Below, in pieces: positions 17,713-29,122 of a DNA stretch of 64,000 nucleotides. The position numbers were made by a program, and so were the translations under genes. Source of the DNA: a bacterium (GTDB lineage Bacteria > Patescibacteriota > Minisyncoccia > Phycocordibacterales > VMGT01); assembly GCA_030697645.1 (NCBI GenBank), contig JAUYPI010000006.1, positions 12,017-76,016 of the forward strand, in the 5' to 3' direction. The number at the start of each line of letters is the position of its first letter. Positions within the stretch are counted from its first letter, which is position 1. The notes under the pieces are model-generated. The model did no database searches. It was not told where the DNA came from and saw nothing but the letters and a program-made list of their open reading frames with translations.

Positions 17713-18798
17713 ATGAAAGATTACTATACAATCCTTGGAGTTCCGCGGGGTTCGTCCAAAGACGACATCAAAAAGGCGTTTCGGAAGCTCGCGCATAAGT
17801 ATCACCCGGACAAGACGGGCGGGGACGCGACGAGGTTCAAAGAGGCGAGCGAGGCGTATGCAGTGCTCTCCGACGACAAGAAACGCGGCGAGTATGACGT
17901 CTACGGCCGCGTGTTCTCCGAAGGAGGGCCGAGCGGCCCGCAGGGCGCGCCGAGCGGTTTTGACTTTAACGACTTTGCGCGTGCCTTTAGCGGCTTCAAG
18001 GAGTTTGAGGACATTGACCTCGGCGACCTCTTCGGCGATATTTTTGGTTTCTCTGGCGGCGCGCGCCGAGGAGCGCCGCGCGGCCGCGACATCTCGATAG
18101 ACGTCGAGATCTCATTTGCGGACTCGGTTTTCGGCGTCGAGCGCAAGCTGCTCCTCACGAAAACGTCGAGCTGCAGTGAATGCTCTGGCTCCGGCGCCAA
18201 GCGAGGGAGCGAAACCATCTCCTGCAGCGCCTGCAACGGCAAGGGAAAGATACATGAGACGCGCCGATCATTCTTCGGTACGTTCACGTCGGTGAGCAGC
18301 TGCAGCGCCTGCCACGGCAGCGGGACAATGCCAAAAGATAAATGCAGCGCCTGCAGAGGGGCGGGCGTACGCCGCGCGCAGGAGGAGATCGCGATTACCA
18401 TCCCGCCGGGGATCGAGAGCGGCGAGATGATCCGACTCACCGGCGCAGGGGAGGCAGTGCCGGGAGGCGTCGCGGGCGACCTCTATGTGAAAATTCATGT
18501 ACAAAAGCATCCGCGCTTCCGCAAAGAAGGCGCGAACCTTGAAACGGACCTCAGCGTGAAGCTCACCGACGCGCTCCTCGGTGCGAGCTATACACTCCCG
18601 ACACTCGAGGGCGACATCGAAGTCACGATTCCCGAAGGCATTACGCACGGGGAGATTCTCCGCGTGCGCGGCAAGGGCATTCCTCTTGACCGCTCTCGCC
18701 GCGGCGACCTCCTCATCACGATCAAGATCCAATTCCCCACGCGTCTTTCAAAAAAATCCCGCGCAGCGCTTGAGGAGTTGCGTAGAGAGGGCATCTAA
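17713..18798 (+). CDS. dnaJ: Molecular chaperone DnaJ
   Basis: 361 aa. J-domain (HPD), G/F region, four CxxCxGxG zinc-finger repeats. Confidence 0.9.
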   Translation: MKDYYTILGVPRGSSKDDIKKAFRKLAHKYHPDKTGGDATRFKEASEAYAVLSDDKKRGEYDVYGRVFSEGGPSGPQGAPSGFDFNDFARAFSGFKEFEDIDLGDLFGDIFGFSGGARRGAPRGRDISIDVEISFADSVFGVERKLLLTKTSSCSECSGSGAKRGSETISCSACNGKGKIHETRRSFFGTFTSVSSCSACHGSGTMPKDKCSACRGAGVRRAQEEIAITIPPGIESGEMIRLTGAGEAVPGGVAGDLYVKIHVQKHPRFRKEGANLETDLSVKLTDALLGASYTLPTLEGDIEVTIPEGITHGEILRVRGKGIPLDRSRRGDLLITIKIQFPTRLSKKSRAALEELRREGI

Positions 18799-18915
18799 GC
18801 AAAAAAGAAGACCCCACAGCGCAAAGTGCGAAAACCCCCGTATTCAAGTATGCTCGCTTGAATACGGGGTTTGCTCTGTCCCAGCTCCACCTACATAGGC
18901 TTGATCTCGATAACG

Positions 18916-20202
18916 TTAGAGGCTACATGCTACAAAGAACTGTTCAATCGATGTAGACCAACGGGCTGTATGCATGCAGTAAAATTGCGGACCGTCAGGA
19001 ACATGTTTGTCAACGATCGTGCGTAACTCGGCGCCCGTAATAGATGCCGCGGCGAGTTGCCCCTCGGCGGTGAGCAGTTTTCCTAGATGCCGTAGAGTGC
19101 CGTAGGTAGACCCGCGATCTCGACGGAAATCCTCGATGGAACAGCCCGTATGCGCACGAAGCGTCTCCGGCGTGATCGAGCTCGACTCAAGGAGATTAGC
19201 TAGGCAGTCGAGGAGGCCCGGCACATGCAAAAAGAATGATGGGAAGCGGTACGCTGCCGCTCCCCGATTGATGCGTATCAGCGTTCCTCGATCGCCGAAC
19301 AGAGCACTCGACGGTTCAAAGCGTGGTAATCGCTCGCCCTCCGTCGTGCAGAGCGTGAGCGTTGTTTCAATGAATTCCGGCCGTAAGATACCAGTCAGAA
19401 ATTTAAACTTCCGTTTTTGTCCGCGGAAGAACACCTTGTGGAAGAGCGCGAAGCAGTGCGCCATGCAGCGATGTTTATACGGAAGCCGCGTATTCGTTTC
19501 GACAGCGCAGAAAGGGGGGATGCCGCAGAGCCGCGACATGGTGACAATGGTCCGCATGAATTCTGGATCGCCGTGGTACAGCTCGTCGCGAAACAATGAA
19601 GCGAGCTCGCCACTCACATGGCACACTTCGGTAAAGTCTGATGTCCCATACGGCTCCCCACGCCCCGGAATAAACCGCATACTCACCCATTCCTCTATCA
19701 AAGGCGGACTGTGTTCAATACCGTGCCCCGCGGGTTCCATCGCATGCGGCTCGCGAATTTCACCGTAGAGCGGGTACTCGACATTGAGCAGGTACACGAG
19801 GCTTTTGGTATCGAACTCGTCGAGCGGCGGGCAATCGCCGTAGCGATTATACGAGCTGCGGCAGGCGAGTGTCAGACGGAGTGCGGATTCGTTGGTCCAG
19901 CATGGATCGTAGAGTGGCTTCGCCACATATATGGTTAACGTCGTGTGCCCGAACCGCTCGCATGCACACGGCGTCAGTGATTCTCTACATTCACGGCCAA
20001 GAGCGATGACTTGTTCCAGTGGGGGCTGCGGTACTATGGAAACGTATAGCTCACTCTGCTGCGGCAAAAGGTAGGGAACTGTGCGCATGTGGTGTCCTTT
20101 CTTTTGATTATGGGTAGCATACAAGAACGGCCCGTGGCCATCTTTTTTGGAACTCGTGTCTGGTCTGAGATACAGTCTAGAGTGCCGAGATTCATTTGTC
20201 AA
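18916..20202 (-). CDS. Hypothetical Cys/His-rich protein, divergent from the E1-like gene
   Basis: 428 aa. No recognisable family. Many Cys/His residues. Only 46 bp separate its start from the gene at 20249. Confidence 0.4.
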   Translation of the reverse strand: MTNESRHSRLYLRPDTSSKKDGHGPFLYATHNQKKGHHMRTVPYLLPQQSELYVSIVPQPPLEQVIALGRECRESLTPCACERFGHTTLTIYVAKPLYDPCWTNESALRLTLACRSSYNRYGDCPPLDEFDTKSLVYLLNVEYPLYGEIREPHAMEPAGHGIEHSPPLIEEWVSMRFIPGRGEPYGTSDFTEVCHVSGELASLFRDELYHGDPEFMRTIVTMSRLCGIPPFCAVETNTRLPYKHRCMAHCFALFHKVFFRGQKRKFKFLTGILRPEFIETTLTLCTTEGERLPRFEPSSALFGDRGTLIRINRGAAAYRFPSFFLHVPGLLDCLANLLESSSITPETLRAHTGCSIEDFRRDRGSTYGTLRHLGKLLTAEGQLAAASITGAELRTIVDKHVPDGPQFYCMHTARWSTSIEQFFVACSL

Positions 20203-20248
20203 AAATATGCACTGGCACCTTTCGCTTTCGTGAGTTTATGGCTATCAT

Positions 20249-21553
20249 ATGGTAATGTCCTCGGAGCGTCATGGACAGCACAAGGGGCGACTTATGGGCA
20301 AGCCCGTGCTGATCGGTGCTGCCCGAGCGCACCGAAGCGGCAGCGTCCGCTATCTTAAAAACGGCACCGCATGTATCAAAATTCCTGACATAAGCGAGAT
20401 ACGCATTCCACGTGCGCGGCAATTTGATCTCACCGAGGCTACGATCTTCGGGCTTAACGAACGTTTGACTTCTACTGCCGCTTCACCAATTGTTGGTGCT
20501 CGGGGCAGGATGCAGAAAACGCTTCGCGACGTGTTCAACGCCGAGTGGCAGAGGTATGCGAGAGCCTTGGAGCGCGCCGAGGACGCCGGTTCTTTTAACT
20601 ACGGCATCTATGCTCTGTATCGAGGCGAACAGACCCTTGTGCGTTACGCGTCGCCCAAGTGGCACCGGATCGTTGCTATCGCCAGCAGCTCCACGCTGCT
20701 CACCGATCCTCGGCGAGAACTCAGCTGGCAGGAGGTACAGTCGTGTTTCGCGAAGACAACGATCGCGGTTGCAGGCGGGAGCGTCGGTGGTAATGTGCTC
20801 CACTGTGCGGTGATGGACATGCGTCCGGCCGCGGTTAAAATCGCGGACAAAAGCGTGTATAAAATGGAAAATATTAATCGCGTACGGCTTCGCTACGATG
20901 AACTTGTTTCGTCAAATGAACACCGCTCCTCTCTTGCCGAGACGCTCCTGCGCAACAAGGCAGAAGTATTGGCGACGCAACTCTACGCGATAGATCCGTT
21001 TTTGAGAGCGTATGTGTATGCAGAGGGCATTACGCACGAGACACTTGGGCCGTTTCTCGACGGTACCGGCCGAGAACCCGCAGTGGATATCATCGTCGAG
21101 GAAGTAGATGACCCTCGTACCAAAATCTTACTCCGCGAAGCCGCGCGCGAGCGGCGCTTGCCGCTCATCATGGTCTCTGACTTTGGGTCCGCGGTGCAAC
21201 TCGATGTCTCGCGATATGACCTCAACCCATCGGCACCGCTCGCGTACGGTACGGAAGATGCGCTCCTTCGTACGCGCACTGATGCATTGTATGAACGAGT
21301 CGGTGACCGCGACGCTTTTTTTGATTTTGTCGATGCGCTCGCCGGCACCGACTATCGCACTGGTGAGCTCGCGGCGATTCTTCGAGGCTCGTGCGAAATC
21401 CCTACTTCCACCATCATACCGCAACTCGGCTCAACCGCCGCGATGGCAGGCGCCATCGCGGCGGAAACCATAGCGCGTGTACGCCTAGGACATCGCTATC
21501 CATCGCGCGTCGTTATGAATAAGCACACATGTGCCGTGAAGCGATATGAGTGA
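20249..21553 (+). CDS. ThiF/MoeB/E1-like adenylyltransferase-family protein with about 170-aa N-terminal extension
   Basis: Rossmann motif IAVAGGSVGGNVLHCAVMDMRPAAVKIADKSVYKMENINR and C-terminal IPQLGSTAAMAGAIAAETIARVRLG typical of the ThiF/E1 fold. Confidence 0.6.
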   Translation: MVMSSERHGQHKGRLMGKPVLIGAARAHRSGSVRYLKNGTACIKIPDISEIRIPRARQFDLTEATIFGLNERLTSTAASPIVGARGRMQKTLRDVFNAEWQRYARALERAEDAGSFNYGIYALYRGEQTLVRYASPKWHRIVAIASSSTLLTDPRRELSWQEVQSCFAKTTIAVAGGSVGGNVLHCAVMDMRPAAVKIADKSVYKMENINRVRLRYDELVSSNEHRSSLAETLLRNKAEVLATQLYAIDPFLRAYVYAEGITHETLGPFLDGTGREPAVDIIVEEVDDPRTKILLREAARERRLPLIMVSDFGSAVQLDVSRYDLNPSAPLAYGTEDALLRTRTDALYERVGDRDAFFDFVDALAGTDYRTGELAAILRGSCEIPTSTIIPQLGSTAAMAGAIAAETIARVRLGHRYPSRVVMNKHTCAVKRYE

Positions 21554-21556
21554 CCG

Positions 21557-22732
21557 TCACGGAGATGGCTCGTGTGTGAGGACAAGTTCCTCAAGCGGCA
21601 CCCGCGGCGCTCTCGGACGCAGTGCATGCGCCGGGTTGCGCAGGTAACCGGCACGAAACAACGCCGCAATGGGACGAAGCGTGCCAAGAGTGAGTGCAAA
21701 CATTTTATTGACGAGGGCGACTTCGACAAGCGCGGCATGAACCGCAACCGCAATGTCGGCGCTCGTGAGCTCGAGGAGGATGCGCTCGAGCATGCGGCCG
21801 GCAGCAAGCCAGTGGGCGACGTCGTTTTTTTTAATCGTGAGGATACCTATGAGCGGGGAGCTTTCAATCCCTGCTTTACCACCGAGCGCAAACCGGAGCA
21901 TATCGTCTGGCCTGAGCGCGCCCTCTCCGACAAGGCCGTCGTGGATACGTATCGCCTGCGTATCACTGAGGCCGAACCCTATTCCCGGCATGCCACGTCC
22001 TGCGTCGGTGTCGTTGTGGAGTAGCCAGTGACCGAGCTCGCGGCTAAAGCGTGGTGAGTTGAGGACGAAATTGTCAGCTTGCGCTTGAAATTCTGCAATC
22101 GCGCGCCGTCTGACGCCATCGGTGATGAGATGAATCTTCACGCCACTCTCGTGCATCGCGAGAATTTTTTTCATGAGCGCGTGCGGCATGTGTTTTTCTG
22201 GCAGAAATTCAGCCCGCGTCATTTTGCGTGTAAAAAGGGCTCGCATGAGAGCGTGTGCGCCTCGAGCATCCCGAAGCCCTGCATGCGCCGGCTCGTCAAA
22301 TAATATTTCGGCAAGGGGCACGTACCTCTGTTCACTCCGGGCAAGAGCGGGTTTGACCTCGGATAGAGCGGCGTTGCGTAGTCGTGCCGCTCGCGTGAGA
22401 CCGTAGTAGCTCGCCGCAATGAGAGCGTTCTCCACTGCCGCACCGATGCTGATAACCGACTGTCTGCCCGTCGGGTCAGATGCGGGAAGCACAAACCTGC
22501 GGTCGAGAAAAAACTGCAAGGCTGGATTTCGTTCTCTAGTTCTAAGAACGAATGCCCATGGTTGCGTGTTGTGTGTGCTCGGGGCACGCGAGGCGCAGCA
22601 GGCAAGATATCGCAGACGCCGCTCCGGCGTAAGCGCTCCAAATGCCTCGTATGAGAGCATCGTCTCGCACACTACCTTTTCCTGTACACGCTCACGCATA
22701 GGGGGCGACGCATTGAAGCCAGTATAGTACAC
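21557..22732 (-). CDS. Nitroreductase-fold (SagB/McbC-type dehydrogenase-like) protein
   Basis: 391 aa. N-terminal nitroreductase signature RRLRYLACCASRAPSTHNTQPWAFVL. Size fits a double nitroreductase-like domain. Convergent with the E1-like gene across a 3-nt gap. Confidence 0.55.
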   Translation of the reverse strand: MYYTGFNASPPMRERVQEKVVCETMLSYEAFGALTPERRLRYLACCASRAPSTHNTQPWAFVLRTRERNPALQFFLDRRFVLPASDPTGRQSVISIGAAVENALIAASYYGLTRAARLRNAALSEVKPALARSEQRYVPLAEILFDEPAHAGLRDARGAHALMRALFTRKMTRAEFLPEKHMPHALMKKILAMHESGVKIHLITDGVRRRAIAEFQAQADNFVLNSPRFSRELGHWLLHNDTDAGRGMPGIGFGLSDTQAIRIHDGLVGEGALRPDDMLRFALGGKAGIESSPLIGILTIKKNDVAHWLAAGRMLERILLELTSADIAVAVHAALVEVALVNKMFALTLGTLRPIAALFRAGYLRNPAHALRPRAPRVPLEELVLTHEPSP

Positions 22733-22968
22733 TATCGGTATGCAATATTATACTATAATCACAAGCGAGCGGAAAGCGAAAAGAGGTCTTTTCATTTTCC
22801 GCCAGCGCCGTGATTATATTCAAGCGAGCGAGCGACATGCGAGAGAGTATGCCCTCTCGCATGTCCGAGCGAGCGCAGAATATATGGCACGTATGCCATA
22901 TATACCCAAAAACATTCGCAAACCTGCTGCTTTTGGGTATATAACCAGAGCGTAACACCACGAAATGT

Positions 22969-24597
22969 ATGGAGTCACTTTCTACTGAGCTTCTTCTTGG
23001 CGCGCTCGCATTTAGCACCGCTGGCCTTCTCGGACTTGTTGTATTTTTGCGGGACAGAAAGAGCGCGACCCACCAACTATTCTTCGTGCTTGCCGTTTTG
23101 ATCGAAGCGTATATCGTCGTTAACTTTGTCTCGCTGCACCCGCCACGCACCACACCGGAGAGCCAGCTCTTCTGGATCCGGATGGTCATGTTCGTCGTGT
23201 CATATATCGGACCGACGCTCCTTTTGCTCGTCACGACGTTCCCCGCGAAGCGAATTCGTCTCTCGTGGCGCTTGCTCGTGCCAGTGGGTATGCTCATGGT
23301 CGCTTCCGCCGCCGCCTCTCTTTTGCCGTTCGTGTTTTCGTCAATCCACTATCCGGAAGGTGAGCCGATCCCCATTCCCGGCCCCGGCATATTTGTCTTT
23401 GCGGCAGACTTCGTCGGCCTTTTTATTCTCAGCTTTGTCGTTCTATTGGTTCGTTATCGCCGTGCAGTGGGACCAGAACGCTCCATGCTCAACTACCTCT
23501 TCTGGGGTGTAGTAGTGTCGTTCTCGCTCATGGCGATTTTCGCGTTTCTATTCGTTGTCGTCATCAAAACATCAGCGTTCGTCTTCCTCGGCCCTATTTT
23601 CCCGGTGATCCTTATGGCATCGATCGCTTATGCGATCGTTCGGCATAGGATGTTTAACATTCGTCTTATTGCTACTGAAGCGCTTGTCGTCTCCATCCTC
23701 ATCTTTCTCTTCGTGCGTTTATTTACTCGCCTCTCTACAACAGACATCGTCATCGACGCTACTATCTTTGTTCTCTCTGCGGTGTTCGGGGTGCTTGTGA
23801 TCCGTGGCGTCCACAGAGAAGCAGCGGCACGCGAGCGGATACAAAAACTTGCTGACGATCTCAGAGCGGCGAACGTTCGCCTCCAAGAGCTCGACCAGCT
23901 CAAATCCGAGTTTCTCTCACTTGCCTCGCACCAGATTAGGACGCCGATCTCAGTGATCAAAGGCTATGCATCCCTTCTTCTTGAAGGATCGATCGGGCCA
24001 CTCACTGAGCAGGTGCACGAGGCGGTGGATCGTATTTTTCGTTCAGGCAACGCGCTCGCGCTCATTGTAGACGACTTTTTGAACATATCACGCATCGAAC
24101 AGGGGCAGCTGAAGTATGATTTCGTCGAGATTGATCTTTCAGCCCTTCTGTCCCGCCTCGTCGAGGAGCAACGTTCGGTGTCTGAGAAGATAGGACTCAC
24201 ACTCGACCTCCACATGCAAACGGGGGAACCCGTCACCATACAGGGGGACGAAGGAAAAATTCGTCAGGTTGTCGCGAACCTCATCGACAATGCGATTAAG
24301 TACACGCCGCATGGGGGCATCACTGTGACGCTCGGAGGGCATGCTGAGGAGGGGTGCGTACACCTCTCGGTTTCTGACACCGGCATCGGCATAGCAAAAG
24401 AGACGATCCCAACGCTGTTCACCAAATTCGGCCGTGCAAAGAATGCGAGCGCACATAATGTCTCCGGCACTGGCCTCGGCCTCTACCTTGCAAGACAAAT
24501 TGTCCAGGCGCACGGCGGTAAAATTTGGGCCGAGTCCGAAGGGGAAGGGAAAGGCACAACCTTACATCTCGAGCTCCGCAAGCGGCTCCTATCGTAG
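22969..24597 (+). CDS. Multi-pass membrane sensor histidine kinase
   Basis: 542 aa. About 7 N-terminal TM helices. HisKA H-box SHQIRTP, N-box NLIDNAIKYTP, DTGIGI, GTGLGL. Confidence 0.8.
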   Translation: MESLSTELLLGALAFSTAGLLGLVVFLRDRKSATHQLFFVLAVLIEAYIVVNFVSLHPPRTTPESQLFWIRMVMFVVSYIGPTLLLLVTTFPAKRIRLSWRLLVPVGMLMVASAAASLLPFVFSSIHYPEGEPIPIPGPGIFVFAADFVGLFILSFVVLLVRYRRAVGPERSMLNYLFWGVVVSFSLMAIFAFLFVVVIKTSAFVFLGPIFPVILMASIAYAIVRHRMFNIRLIATEALVVSILIFLFVRLFTRLSTTDIVIDATIFVLSAVFGVLVIRGVHREAAARERIQKLADDLRAANVRLQELDQLKSEFLSLASHQIRTPISVIKGYASLLLEGSIGPLTEQVHEAVDRIFRSGNALALIVDDFLNISRIEQGQLKYDFVEIDLSALLSRLVEEQRSVSEKIGLTLDLHMQTGEPVTIQGDEGKIRQVVANLIDNAIKYTPHGGITVTLGGHAEEGCVHLSVSDTGIGIAKETIPTLFTKFGRAKNASAHNVSGTGLGLYLARQIVQAHGGKIWAESEGEGKGTTLHLELRKRLLS

Positions 24598-24719
24598 AAG
24601 TTGGACGTTGGACGGTCGCTTTGCGACGCCCTCGAAAAACATCTGGTATCAAAGCGTGGGGCCTGATATCCCACGTTTTGCTTTCGCGCTTCGTCTGCTT
24701 TTTTGCTATGCTGTAGCTC

Positions 24720-25715
24720 ATGACAGCGGACGGGCAAAAAACGCTCCTCTCCGGCGTGAAGCCGACGGGAAGGCCGCACATTGGCAACTACTTTGGCGCG
24801 ATGAGGCAGTTCGTCGAGCTCTCGCGGCAGCACGGCGGCGGATTTTTCATGATCGCCGATTATCATGCGCTCACTACTCTCTACGACCCGCGCTCTCTTG
24901 CCGAGAACACGATCGGCGTTGCACTCGACTACCTCGCGATCGGGCTTGATCCGGAGCGCGCCGTGATTTTTAAACAGTCGGACGTGCAAGCGCATACCGA
25001 GCTTGCATGGATCTTTGATTGCATTACGACGATGCCCTACCTCATGCGCGCGCACGCGTTCAAGGATGCCGAGGCGAAAAATAAAGAGATCAGCGTCGGC
25101 ACGTTCAATTACCCGATGCTCATGGCCGCGGACATCCTGCTCTACAGCCCCGACATCGTGCCGGTCGGGGACGACCAGAAACAGCATCTCGAGATTGCGC
25201 GCGACACGGCAGCAAAATTCAACGGCATTTTTGGCGAGACCTTCAAGCTGCCAGAGCCGCACATACTCGAGCATGTCGGCACCGTCCCCGGGCTCGACGG
25301 CCGCAAGATGAGCAAGAGCTACAAAAACACCATCCCGCTCTTTGCAGAAGATGAAGAAATTGCGCAGCTTGTAATGAATATCGTGACGGATTCCCGAGCC
25401 AAAGGCGAGCCACTTGATCCGCACACTGATACTGTTTTTGCGCTCCACTCTCTTTTTGCGAACGAAACGGAACTCGCTCGGCTTGCCGAGAGATATCGAA
25501 GCGGCAGCATCGGCTACAGAGAATCAAAGGAGCTCCTCGTCGAGCGCCTGAAGACATTTGCCGCACCCCTGCGCGAAAAACGCAGAAACATGGCGAGCGA
25601 TAGAGCGCGTGTACTCGATGTGCTCGAGGAAGGCGCAAGAAAAGCTCTGGCGAGGGCGGGCGCGACAATGGCAGACGTGCGCCGAAAAATCGGCGTATGC
25701 TCATACCCGGGGTAG
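24720..25715 (+). CDS. trpS: Tryptophanyl-tRNA synthetase
   Basis: 331 aa class I aaRS. HIGN(Y) motif (PHIGNYFGA) and KMSKS. Length typical of TrpRS. Confidence 0.8.
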   Translation: MTADGQKTLLSGVKPTGRPHIGNYFGAMRQFVELSRQHGGGFFMIADYHALTTLYDPRSLAENTIGVALDYLAIGLDPERAVIFKQSDVQAHTELAWIFDCITTMPYLMRAHAFKDAEAKNKEISVGTFNYPMLMAADILLYSPDIVPVGDDQKQHLEIARDTAAKFNGIFGETFKLPEPHILEHVGTVPGLDGRKMSKSYKNTIPLFAEDEEIAQLVMNIVTDSRAKGEPLDPHTDTVFALHSLFANETELARLAERYRSGSIGYRESKELLVERLKTFAAPLREKRRNMASDRARVLDVLEEGARKALARAGATMADVRRKIGVCSYPG

Positions 25716-25721
25716 TCCCCT

Positions 25722-25890
25722 GAATCGGAACGAGTAATCACTCACACCCGTCATTGCGAGCGGAGCGAAGTAATCCAGTTGTTGAGCCGTAATTCTGGAT
25801 TGCCTCGTCGCTCCACTCCGTTCCGCTTCTCGCAATGACGGCTGTGTTGTGCAGCTTTGTGATAGGTGTGAGTGATTACCGGAACGAATG
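25722..25890. repeat. Family-3 structured nested inverted-repeat element, copy 2
   Basis: Outer IR GGAACGAGTAATCACTCACACC/GGTGTGAGTGATTACCGGAACG. Inner IR CGTCATTGCGAGCG/CTCGCAATGACGG. Central hairpin AATCCAG...CTGGATT. Confidence 0.5.
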
Positions 25891-25936
25891 TTGACGACCG
25901 TATGTCGTGCGTTGTATAGTAGTAGAGTATACGCCC

Positions 25937-26254
25937 ATGTCTACGTTAACGATTACTTTACCTCAGAGGAAGATGCGACAAGTGGAGCAACGCGCTCGCG
26001 CGGCGGGTTTTCGCGCTCCTGGCACATGGGCGCGCAGTATCATCGAAACCGAAGTGGCGCGCGATGAAGATGACGAGGAGATCACTGAAGATACTATTTT
26101 ACGGTGGTCGAGGGAGGCAAAGGTGCTGAAACGAGCAGGCAAACTTCCCATTTTGCGTTCATTGGCCGACCTCCGTTCTACTCGACGTGGTTTTTCGGGG
26201 CGACCAAATACTGCGAAGCGGTCAGGCCGCTCGCTCACCGTGGGCGCGCGATAA
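25937..26254 (+). CDS. Possible ribbon-helix-helix (CopG/ParD-like) DNA-binding protein
   Basis: MSTLTITLPQRKMRQVEQRARAAG resembles an RHH antitoxin N-terminus. ORF track start is 25907. No adjacent toxin recognised. Confidence 0.3.
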   Translation: MSTLTITLPQRKMRQVEQRARAAGFRAPGTWARSIIETEVARDEDDEEITEDTILRWSREAKVLKRAGKLPILRSLADLRSTRRGFSGRPNTAKRSGRSLTVGAR

Positions 26255-26294
26255 GAACCGTGCATAGAGGCGGGCATTGTCTCTCGTCTCTTTT

Positions 26295-26345
26295 TTGCGT
26301 CGTCTGTTTTCGTCTCTAAAAGCTAAAAGCTATCAGCTAACAGCT
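26295..26345. repeat. Family-2 palindromic element, copy c (short)
   Basis: CTCTAAAAGCTAAAAGCTATCAGCTAACAGCTT immediately upstream of the fusA ATG. Confidence 0.5.
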
Positions 26346-26351
26346 TGTACT

Positions 26352-28487
<2,136 letters not shown>

Positions 28488-28625
28488 GCATGCTAGTCTG
28501 CAAGAGGTGCCCGTACGATCGGTATTCTGTACCCGCTTATTGGAATATTTACAATCGTCTGGCTGATTTTGTTTACTGCCTCTCTCTATCCGAGATAGAT
28601 TCTCACCTCAAGGAAGGAGGAAGAC

Positions 28626-28823
28626 GTGAAGAAGTTATGGAAAATAATTCGCGGCACCGAAGATCCGGTAAGTTTTGGTATCGAAATGAGTGGGATCGTT
28701 CCTTCTTTGCTTATCGGAGTAGTTCTCGTTATCTTTGCACGGGGTGAGTGGAAGTGGATTGGAGCGTTTTCTCTACTCGTTGCCCTTGCTTTCTTTGTGT
28801 CACCCCGCGTCTGGATAAAGTGA
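28626..28823 (+). CDS. Small membrane protein (2 TM), GTG start with strong GGAGG RBS
   Basis: 65 aa. AAGGAAGGAGGAAGAC upstream of GTG. Low-GC region. Confidence 0.35.
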   Translation: MKKLWKIIRGTEDPVSFGIEMSGIVPSLLIGVVLVIFARGEWKWIGAFSLLVALAFFVSPRVWIK

Positions 28824-28896
28824 CCACACTCATCGTCCCGCTTAGTAAGCATTGCGCTGAACGGCGGGGCGTTTTTTTTGTATATACGTACAGATA

Positions 28897-28948
28897 CGAA
28901 ACTACTTTGAGAAGTTGGACTTCTCAAAGTAGTTTCGTCGGTGTTTTT
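28897..28948 (+). terminator. Rho-independent terminator (18-bp perfect stem plus T-run)
   Basis: CGAAACTACTTTGAGAAG-TTGGAC-TTCTCAAAGTAGTTTCG followed by TCGGTGTTTTT. Confidence 0.55.
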
Positions 28949-28990
28949 ATGTGCGTGGTTTTTGAGATATGGGTTAAAAAACAGCGCGGC

Positions 28991-29037
28991 CAAAAAAGAA
29001 CGCCCCACGCATGATATACATGGGGCGTTTTTTTTTG
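28991..29037. terminator. Bidirectional rho-independent terminator
   Basis: AAAAAAGAACGCCCCA-loop-TGGGGCGTTTTTTTTT. Sits between convergent genes. Confidence 0.55.
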
Positions 29038-29122
29038 TGAAATTGGATCTCCTATTGATCTTCTGAAGGCCGTGGCCTCTGCTGGATGATTTTTTTGTGT
29101 GCGGGGCATATCTGATGCGAAT

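Noticed and set aside
18916-20202. Calling the 428-aa Cys/His-rich protein a YcaO cyclodehydratase
   Set aside because: The characteristic ATP-binding motif (S/G-rich segment followed by ExxER) and Pro-rich C-terminus were not recognisable. It is left as hypothetical.
22740-22955. 71-aa ORF between the nitroreductase-like and histidine-kinase genes as a RiPP precursor
   Set aside because: Not Cys/Ser/Thr-rich at the C-terminus and no leader-like features. It overlaps the palindromic operator sites. Probably spurious.
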